40,290 nt of DNA from Chloroflexota bacterium (lineage in GTDB: Bacteria; Chloroflexota; Limnocylindria; Limnocylindrales; CSP1-4), in NCBI GenBank assembly GCA_046352645.1, contig JBJTJV010000051.1, positions 1-40,290 on the forward strand. The letters are read 5' to 3'. The notes under the pieces were generated by a model. The model saw nothing but the letters and a program-made list of their open reading frames with translations. It did no database searches and had not been told where the DNA came from. A program made the translations under genes and the position numbers. Numbering within the stretch: the stretch's first letter is position 1; every line of letters begins with the position of its first letter. Shown here piece by piece: positions 27,508-34,500 of this stretch.

Positions 27508-28598
27508 GGATCACCGCCGTCACCGCCACCACCTGCGTCGTGCCGCTGCCGCGGCCGATCGTGATGGGCGAGATCCGCTTCGACGCCCGCGAGTACATCG
27601 TCGTCCAGGTGTCCGCGGACACGGGCCACACGGGCATCGGCTTCGGGATGACCCGGAACAGCCCGGTCGCGGCCGTCGTCGAGCGCAGCCTGGCGCCCTA
27701 CCTCGTGGGCAGGGACCCGCTCCTCACGGAGGGGCACTGGGACGCGCTCTACTACCGGAACCTCCCGCAGGGCCAGCGCGGCATCTTCATGCGCGCGCTC
27801 TCCGCGGTGGATATCGCCCTCTGGGACCTCAAGGGGCAGATCGCGGGGCTCCCCGTCTGGAAGCTCCTCGGCGGCGCCCGCGACCGCGTGCCGGTCTCCG
27901 TGGCCGGTGGCTACCCCGCGTCGGACCGCACGCTCGCCGACTTCGAGGCCGAGATGGCCGACTACGCGGAGAAGGGCTACCGGACGATCAAGATCGCCGC
28001 GGGCGAGCTCGCGGACGACACGATCCGCCTGCGGGCGGCACGGCGCGTCCTCGGCCCCGACATCGCGCTCGCCAACGACGTCCACTGGGCCTTCCGTGAC
28101 CTGCTCTCCGTGGTGCCCACCGTGCGCACCTGGGAGGAGCTCGGGCTCGCATTCCTGGAGGACCCCTTCCCGTCCGAGCTCGTGGAGCTCTCCGTTCAGC
28201 TCCGTGAGCAGACCGGGCAGCGCCTCGCCCTCGGCGAGGACACCGTGGGCCGCTGGGCCTTCCGCGACCTCCTTGATCGCCACCGGCCGGACCTCCTCCG
28301 CGTGGACGCGACGGTCGCAGGCGGGCTCTCCGAGGCCGCCCGGATCTGCGCGCTCGCCGGCGCGGCCGGGGTGCCGGTCTTCCCGCACGTCTTCCCCGAG
28401 GTCCACGTCCACCTGGGCGCCGCCTTCCCGGGCATCGCGATGGTGGAGATGACCGACCCCGCGTACCAGACGGAGACGCTCTACCAGCTCTTCCGTGCGT
28501 GGGTCCGCTACGAGGACGGCGTCCTCATCGCGCCCGACCGGCCGGGTCTCGGCGTGGAGCTGGACCCGGACGCCATCGAGCGGTTCGCGGTCCGATGA
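27504..28598 (+). CDS. Enolase-superfamily dehydratase (L-fuconate/L-rhamnonate dehydratase-like)
   Basis: MRITAVTATTCVVPL...GHTGIGFG...AVDIALWDLKGQIAGLPVWKLLGG...LANDVHW...FLEDP...ALGED. The mandelate-racemase-family metal-ligand pattern is present. Confidence 0.8.
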   Translation: MRITAVTATTCVVPLPRPIVMGEIRFDAREYIVVQVSADTGHTGIGFGMTRNSPVAAVVERSLAPYLVGRDPLLTEGHWDALYYRNLPQGQRGIFMRALSAVDIALWDLKGQIAGLPVWKLLGGARDRVPVSVAGGYPASDRTLADFEAEMADYAEKGYRTIKIAAGELADDTIRLRAARRVLGPDIALANDVHWAFRDLLSVVPTVRTWEELGLAFLEDPFPSELVELSVQLREQTGQRLALGEDTVGRWAFRDLLDRHRPDLLRVDATVAGGLSEAARICALAGAAGVPVFPHVFPEVHVHLGAAFPGIAMVEMTDPAYQTETLYQLFRAWVRYEDGVLIAPDRPGLGVELDPDAIERFAVR

Positions 28599-29371
28599 GC
28601 GCCGCGTCCGACGGACCCCTCGCGGGTCGCGTCGCGATCGTCACCGGGGGCGCGCGCGGCATCGGACGCGGCATCGTCACCGGGCTCGCCGCCGCGGGCG
28701 CTGCGGTCTGCGTGGACTACGCGACGCGCGCGGACGAGGCCGATGCGACGGTCGCGCGCGTGGAGGCGGCCGGTGGGCGCGCGTTCGCCTACCGCGCGGA
28801 CGTGGCGGACGCGGCCGCGGTGGACGCGATGGTCGCCGCGACCGTCCACCGGTACGGCAGGCTCGACATCGTGGTCAACAACGCCGCGATCACGGACGCG
28901 CACCGGGACTGGACGGAGGTCACGGAGGCGGAGTGGGACCGCGCGCTCGCGGTCAACCTCAAGGGCTGCTTCCTCACGATGCAGGCCGCCTACCCGCACC
29001 TGCGGGCGGGCGGGCACGGCCGGGTGATCAACATCGCCTCGGTCACCTTCCTCACCGGGCAGGGGCGGCTCCTCGACTACGTCGCGAGCAAGGGCGGGAT
29101 GATCGGCTTCACGCGCACGCTCGCGCGCGACGTGGGCAGGGACGGCATCACCGTGAACGCGATCACCCCCGGGGCGATCCAGACCGAGGCGGAGATCGCG
29201 ATGTTCCCCGACCAGGCGGCGATCGCCCGGCAGATGGCGGGCCTCCAGTCCATCCCGCGCCGCGGGCTCCCGGAAGACATCGCGCACGCGGTCGTCTTCC
29301 TCGCGAGCGACGCGGCCTCGTTCATCACCGGCCAGACGCTCAACGTGGACGGCGGCTGGGCGATGCACTGA
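28595..29371 (+). CDS. Short-chain dehydrogenase/reductase (SDR)
   Basis: VAIVTGGARGIGRG (TGxxxGIG), NNAAI and YVASKGG (YxxxK) motifs. The ATGA overlaps the upstream stop. Confidence 0.9.
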   Translation: MSAASDGPLAGRVAIVTGGARGIGRGIVTGLAAAGAAVCVDYATRADEADATVARVEAAGGRAFAYRADVADAAAVDAMVAATVHRYGRLDIVVNNAAITDAHRDWTEVTEAEWDRALAVNLKGCFLTMQAAYPHLRAGGHGRVINIASVTFLTGQGRLLDYVASKGGMIGFTRTLARDVGRDGITVNAITPGAIQTEAEIAMFPDQAAIARQMAGLQSIPRRGLPEDIAHAVVFLASDAASFITGQTLNVDGGWAMH

Positions 29372-29417
29372 CGGGGCCGCGCGGCGCCCGCTGACGCACC
29401 ACACGGAGGCCCTTCCC

Positions 29418-29726
29418 ATGCCCGTGCGCGACGCCTGGATCATGCACCTCAAGCCCGGCGCGGAGGCCGAGTACAAGCGGCGGCATGACGAGTTGTGGCC
29501 CGAGCTGCGCGCGCTGATGCAGCGCGACGGCATCCGGAACTACTCGATCTTCCTCCACGGGACCACGCTCTTCGCGTACCTGGAGCGCGAGACGCCCGCG
29601 CCGGCCGACGCACCGATCGATGAGATCGTCTGGCGCTGGTGGCGGAGCATGGCGCCGCTCATGGAGACGAACCCCGATGCCTCGCCGGTGCGCGAGCCGC
29701 TCGTGGAGGTCTTCCACGTGGACTGA
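29418..29726 (+). CDS. L-rhamnose mutarotase-like protein (RhaM/DUF718 family)
   Basis: 102 aa. MHLKPGAEAEYKRRHDELWPELRALMQRDGIRNYSIFLHG...WWRSMAPLMETNPD matches the family pattern. Confidence 0.8.
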   Translation: MPVRDAWIMHLKPGAEAEYKRRHDELWPELRALMQRDGIRNYSIFLHGTTLFAYLERETPAPADAPIDEIVWRWWRSMAPLMETNPDASPVREPLVEVFHVD

Positions 29727-29792
29727 CCGGGCGCGGCGCACGACCCTCGCCGCCCGCGCCACCCGCGCGTGGTGTGTGGCGCGCGACCCGGT

Positions 29793-30822
29793 CTACCGAT
29801 CCGGGGCGGCTGACCGCCCCGCCGTTGGGGCGTGGTCGATCGACCCCCGGATGGTCGTGCCACCGGTGGCACGCTCCAGCGACCAGGTGCGGCAGAGGTC
29901 GTCGTAGAGGCGGGTCCCCAGGCCGGTCCGGCCGCTCTCCGGCCCCCCCGAGCCGTCGTCGCGGACGGTGACGGACAGCGTCGCGAGCGGCGCGGCGGCG
30001 ATCGGCTCGGCGAGCTCCAGGAGCACGTGGAGCGTCACGGCGCGGCCGTGCCGGAGCGCGTTGTTCGCCGCCTCGCGGATGACCTCCGCCGCGGCGTCAT
30101 CCGCGTCCGGGTCCGCCCGCAGGGCTTCCGTGACCCCCGGACCGAGCTCGCTCCGGACGGCGCCGTCCCTGGGCCAGAGGAGCGCGATCTCCGCGATCAC
30201 CCGGGGGGTCCGGAGCTCGTCGTCCGCCTCGTGGCGGCTATCGATCCGCGCGTAGGCGGCGGCGATCTCGCCGCGGACCGCATCGACGAGCACCGCATCC
30301 GGGCGCCGGGCGCCCGTCAGCCGGATCGCCGCGACATGGAGCGCCCCCTGGAGCGCGCCATGGACGACGTACGCCAGGCGGCGGCGGGCGAGGTGTCGCC
30401 GCCGCTCCAGCCGGGCGACGGAGCCCGCGAGCCGCGCGTTCAGCGTCTCGCGCTCGGCCTCCGTCGTGGCGCGGCGCGCGTCCACGAGCACCGTCCCCAC
30501 GGTCATCGCGCCCACGAGCGCGGCGGTCACGGCTGCCACCGCGATCAGCCCGTTCGGGGTGGCGATCCCGAGCGCCCGGATCGCGGGCACGGACAGCCAG
30601 CCGACGAGCGCGTGGAGGCCGACGACCGCGCGCGACCGCCCAGGACGCGAGCGGGCCGCCGAAGGCGACCGCTTCCGAGAGGACCTGGGAGGCGAGGCCG
30701 AGCGGGACGAAGATGAGCCAGACCCGGTCCGCGAGCGCGCTCGGCGACCCGAGCGGCGCGAGCATGCTCCGGGCGGCGGCCCACCGGTCCGCGATCGCCC
30801 GGGACCCGCCGGCCGCGCTCAT
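29793..30822 (-). pseudogene. Degraded paralogue of the sensor histidine kinase at 38040-39824 (internal deletion plus a 1-nt frame change near 30627)
   Basis: The N-terminal 65 aa (frame of ORF 30238..30822: ...MLAPLGSPSALADRVWLIFVPLG...GGPLASWAVAR) align with residues about 15-65 of the intact kinase. The rest (frame of ORF 29793..30590, extended upstream: AVVGLHALVGWLSVPAIRALGIATPNG...RRLAYVVHGALQGALH...EVIREAANNALRHG...DDGSG) aligns with residues about 330-594. The total length is not a multiple of 3. Confidence 0.65.
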
Positions 30823-30829
30823 CCCGTCG

Positions 30830-31867
30830 TCAGGCGGCGGGACGCCAGGCGTGGGCGGCGGCGATCAGCGCGTCCACGTTCTCGTCCGGGGTCGGGTAGG
30901 GGAGCGAACAGCCCGGGCTCATGATGTACCTCCCGCCCGGGGCGAGGCTCCGGAGGTCCTCGTCCGCCGCCGCGCGGACCCGCTCGGGGGTGCCCAGCGG
31001 GAGGAGGTTGCTCGGATCGACCGTCCCGATCAGCGTCGTCCGGCCACGGGCGGCCGCCTTGCAGCGGGCCCGGTCGATCTTGTGGTCCACCTGGAGGAAG
31101 CGTGCGCCGGTCGCGACCATCTCCTCGATGATCCGCGTGGAATCCCCGCAGATGTGGATCCCGATCGTCCCGCCCCGCGCGGCGATCGCCTCGACGACGC
31201 GCCGCTCGTACGGCTGCGCGTAGCGGCGGTAGACGTCCGGCGAGCAGACGTCCGGACCCGCGAGGCTCTCGCCCATCATCGTCAGGTGCGCCCCCGCGTC
31301 CAGGAGCGCGGATGCGTACGTGATGACCTGGGCGGTCGTGTACTCCAGGAGCTGCTCCACGAGCTCGGCATGGTCCGGCTCCATGAGCGCGATGAGGAAC
31401 TCTTCGATGCCGAGGATCTGGGCGGCCAGGCTGAACGGGCCCTGGTCCGCCTCGGCGAGGATGCACACCCGGTCGCCGACCTCCCGGGCGAGGATCCGGG
31501 TCGCCTCCACCATCGCCGGGAGCGTCCCGTCCCGTGTCGGGTCGATCGGCCGGAGCCGACCGACGTCCTCGATCCGCTCGAGGGCGGGCGCGATCACCCA
31601 CGGCGCGTTCCGGTCGTCCGGCAGCTCCACCGCGCAGCCCACGGCCCCCGCGAGCGCGGTCACCCCGTTCTCGAGGTCGATGAGGTCGTGGCCGAAGCGG
31701 CGCCAGGCCGCGAGATGGGTGGCGGCCATCAGCTCGCCGCTCACGACGTAGTCCTTCACGGAGACGCCCGCGACGGCGCACGCGTGCATGAAGTTCTCCA
31801 GGCAGACCGGCACGCGGTCGGCTGCACGGCCGTCGAGGACGGCGAGGCATCGCTCAAGGCTGTTCAC
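30830..31867 (-). CDS. Uroporphyrinogen-decarboxylase (URO-D)-family protein (MtaA/CmuA-like methyltransferase or decarboxylase)
   Basis: RVPVCLENFMHA...GPFSLAAQILGIEEFLIALMEP...IHICGDST...YIMSPGCSLPYPTPDENVDALI is the URO-D fold pattern. The start is GTG at 31867. The stop lies 7 nt before the kinase-remnant ATG. Confidence 0.75.
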   Translation of the reverse strand: MNSLERCLAVLDGRAADRVPVCLENFMHACAVAGVSVKDYVVSGELMAATHLAAWRRFGHDLIDLENGVTALAGAVGCAVELPDDRNAPWVIAPALERIEDVGRLRPIDPTRDGTLPAMVEATRILAREVGDRVCILAEADQGPFSLAAQILGIEEFLIALMEPDHAELVEQLLEYTTAQVITYASALLDAGAHLTMMGESLAGPDVCSPDVYRRYAQPYERRVVEAIAARGGTIGIHICGDSTRIIEEMVATGARFLQVDHKIDRARCKAAARGRTTLIGTVDPSNLLPLGTPERVRAAADEDLRSLAPGGRYIMSPGCSLPYPTPDENVDALIAAAHAWRPAA

Positions 31868-31873
31868 CGTCCG

Positions 31874-31909
31874 ACCCTAGCACGCGCGCCGGAGCCGGAG
31901 GGCTAGACT
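31874..31909. promoter_or_regulatory. Back-to-back candidate leaderless promoters: TAGGGT-N6-GTG (minus strand, URO-D) and TAGACT-N6-ATG (plus strand, P450)
   Basis: The intergenic region is 48 bp. A TANNNT hexamer lies exactly 6 nt upstream of each start codon (31879-31874 and 31904-31909). Neither gene has a well-placed Shine-Dalgarno sequence. Confidence 0.35.
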
Positions 31910-31915
31910 CCCGCG

Positions 31916-33064
31916 ATGGCGTCCGACCCTGCCGGCCCGCTCGGCCCCGCCCGCGTCCGGGTCCTGCCCCGGATCACCGGGCACGACGCGGTGAAGGCCG
32001 CGGCCCGGGACCACGGCCGCTACTCGTCCGCGCATCGTGGCGACGCGGATGTCCGCGACTATCGCCAGCTGCCGCTCGAGTGCGACCCGCCGGAGCACAC
32101 CGCCCTCCGTGCCGCGCTCGCCCCGACCTTCGTCCGCCGTACCGTGGACCGGGAGCGCGGGCCGGTCCGCGCGGACGCCGAGCGTCTGCTCGCCCCGCTC
32201 CGTGACGGTGCGGCCGTGGAGATCGTGGACGCGGTGGCGCTGCCGCTCGTGGTGCGCACGATCGCGCGGGCCCTGGACATCGCGGACGACGCGCCGCGCC
32301 TCCTCGCGTTCGGGCACTCCGTCTGGGAGGACGCCGCCGGGCGCCGGGACGGGACCGCCTTCCACGCCTACCTGGACGACCTGCTCGATCGGGCGGCCCG
32401 TGGCGCGGCGGGCCGGGTCTTCGGCGCGATCGCCACGACGCCGATCGCCGGGTCGGTCCCCGACCGCGCGGCGCAGATGGGCATCGCCCGCCTCCTGCTC
32501 GCCGCGGGCCGTGACACGGTCGTCGACCTCCTCGCCGGGATCGCCTGGCGGCTCGTCGCCGCGCCCGCGCTCCGCCCGGCGCTCCACGCCGCGGGTCCTG
32601 CGGGCGGCACGGCAGAGCGGCTCGATGCGCGCTCGCGCTTCGTCGAGGAGATCCTCCGGCTCACCGGGAGCAACGTGATGGAGCGGATCGACCGCGGCCC
32701 GGACGCCCTGCCGGTGGACGTCGCGCCGCACGTCGCGCTCGACTTCCCGTCCGCGAACCACGACCCGACCGCCTTCCCGGCGCCCGCGGAGATCCGCCTG
32801 GACCGCCCGAACGCGACCGCGCACGTGGCCTTCGGCCTCGGCGCCCATGCCTGCATCGGCGCACCGCTCGCCCGCGTGGAGGCGCGCGCCTTCCTCGACG
32901 CGCTCCTCGCGCTCACCCCGGGCGGCCTCGTCCTCGATCTGATGGCAGGGGACGACGCGCTCGTGGCCGGGCGTCATGCGGTGGCGGGCGTCCCGATCCC
33001 GACCGGCTTCCGCCGGCTCGTCGTCCGTGCGGCGCCCGAGCGGACCGCGCCCGCCCCGTCCTGA
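31916..33064 (+). CDS. Cytochrome P450
   Basis: FGLGAHACIGAPLA is the heme-thiolate motif (FxxGxHxCxG). LLAAGRDTV is the I-helix motif. EILRL resembles the ExxR K-helix motif. Confidence 0.85.
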   Translation: MASDPAGPLGPARVRVLPRITGHDAVKAAARDHGRYSSAHRGDADVRDYRQLPLECDPPEHTALRAALAPTFVRRTVDRERGPVRADAERLLAPLRDGAAVEIVDAVALPLVVRTIARALDIADDAPRLLAFGHSVWEDAAGRRDGTAFHAYLDDLLDRAARGAAGRVFGAIATTPIAGSVPDRAAQMGIARLLLAAGRDTVVDLLAGIAWRLVAAPALRPALHAAGPAGGTAERLDARSRFVEEILRLTGSNVMERIDRGPDALPVDVAPHVALDFPSANHDPTAFPAPAEIRLDRPNATAHVAFGLGAHACIGAPLARVEARAFLDALLALTPGGLVLDLMAGDDALVAGRHAVAGVPIPTGFRRLVVRAAPERTAPAPS

Positions 33065-33161
33065 CGGCGCCCCCGCTCCCGCTGTCGTACCGTTCGTCCG
33101 GCACGGCGGCGGCGACCCGGGACGAACGGGCCGCGCCCGTGCCCCACGGAGGTCCGTGACC

Positions 33162-34478
33162 GTGACGATCGTCCGCTCCCCCGCGCGCCGGATCGCAGCC
33201 CTCGCGGCGCTCGCGACCCTTGCGGTCCTGCCCGTCGCATCGCCTGCCACGGCCGCGATCCCCCCGGTCCTGCGGACCGAGGGGACGCTCGCCGTCTGCA
33301 GCTACCGCCACTTCGCCCCGGTCAGCTTCGGCGAGGGCGAGGGCTACGAGGCGGACCTGGTCCGCGCGATCGCCGCCGTCTGGGGTGTCGCGGTCTCGTT
33401 CACGCCGATCGAGACGTTCGACGGGATCTGGCTCACCCCGTCCGACCCGGCGCTCGGCTGCGACCTCGCGATCGGCGGGATCACGCCGACCGAGGCGCGG
33501 ATCGAGCAGGGCGCGACCTTCAGCCCCCTGACCGCGCGCTATGCACAGACGCTCCTCGTCCGCCGGGCGGACGTCGATTCCGGGCGGATCGCGGGCTATC
33601 CGTCCTTCGCGGGGACCGACATGGTGATCGGCGTCGTCCCCGGGACGACCGGCGAGGAGTACGGGCGGATCCGCGCCGCGGAGGCCGGTCTCGCGGAGAC
33701 GGCGATCCGCACGTATCCGAGCGAGGACGAGCTCCTCGTGGCGCTCGCGGCGGGCGAGATCGATGCCATCGCCCGGGGCGAGATCGGCAACCGCTACCAG
33801 GAATCGATCGACCCGTCCGTCGTCACGGTCGACCCGCGCGACTTCGGCGACGGCTTCGGCTTCGCGCTCGATCCGGCGAACCCGGACCTGATCGCCGCGA
33901 TCGCCGCCACGCTCGGGCTCGTCACCGCGGACGGGACGATCGGCTTCGCCGACTGGCTCGCCGACCCGGGCATCTTCCTCGCCACGGCCGGCATCCCCGA
34001 GCAGCCCGAGCGGGAGGCCGCCTGGATGACGAAGGGGACCTTCCTCCGCCTCCAGAACGAGACGGGCGGGGCCCTCTTCTTCCGGGTCCATCACCCGTTC
34101 CACGGCTGGAGCGGCATCCAGACGCTCCCCCCGAACGAGTGGCGGGACCAGCGGGCGGACTGGCCCGCCTACGACGACGTGGAGATCCGTCTCTTCAAGG
34201 AGCGTTCGGCCGCCGACGCGAACGACGCGGACCGCTCGATCGACATCCAGGCCGAGAACCCCGCCTGGAACGCGCCCTGGGTCTCGTGGAACTTCTGGGA
34301 GGAGTTCTTCCAGAGCGAGGGCGAGAGCCACGACATCCGCGAGCGGTGCACGCTCCGCGATTCGAACAGCTTCCGGGTGACGCGGGAGAACGACTCGTCG
34401 GACGACAAGCGCTTCCTCATGGTGATCCGGAAGGTCGCGATCCCCTCGGTCACCGACTGCCACCTCCGGCCCTACTGA
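33162..34478 (+). CDS. Secreted family-3 solute-binding protein (amino-acid/polar-ligand SBP fold) fused to an unrecognised C-terminal domain of about 160 aa
   Basis: GGAGG lies 9 nt upstream of the GTG at 33162. The signal peptide reads MTIVRSPARRIAALAALATLAVLPVASPATA. The SBP_bac_3-like core reads LAVCSY..FAPVSF...GYEADLVRAIA...DLAIGGIT...EIDAIARGEIGN. The Trp-rich tail from about 33990 has no recognisable family. Confidence 0.65.
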   Translation: MTIVRSPARRIAALAALATLAVLPVASPATAAIPPVLRTEGTLAVCSYRHFAPVSFGEGEGYEADLVRAIAAVWGVAVSFTPIETFDGIWLTPSDPALGCDLAIGGITPTEARIEQGATFSPLTARYAQTLLVRRADVDSGRIAGYPSFAGTDMVIGVVPGTTGEEYGRIRAAEAGLAETAIRTYPSEDELLVALAAGEIDAIARGEIGNRYQESIDPSVVTVDPRDFGDGFGFALDPANPDLIAAIAATLGLVTADGTIGFADWLADPGIFLATAGIPEQPEREAAWMTKGTFLRLQNETGGALFFRVHHPFHGWSGIQTLPPNEWRDQRADWPAYDDVEIRLFKERSAADANDADRSIDIQAENPAWNAPWVSWNFWEEFFQSEGESHDIRERCTLRDSNSFRVTRENDSSDDKRFLMVIRKVAIPSVTDCHLRPY

Positions 34479-34500
34479 CGGGCGGCGGCCGCACCGTCAG
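34475..34500. terminator. Hairpin between convergent genes (CTGACGG-N12-CCGTCAG)
   Basis: 7-bp stem whose arms contain the stop codons of both convergent genes. The loop contains a further GCGGC/GCCGC pairing. Confidence 0.3.

Noticed and set aside
29727-29792. Possible terminator hairpin (CGCGCG-N10-CGCGCG) between the mutarotase-like gene and the kinase remnant
   Set aside because: The stem is only 6 bp of alternating CG with a 10-nt loop. It cannot be distinguished from background self-complementarity in this GC-rich sequence.
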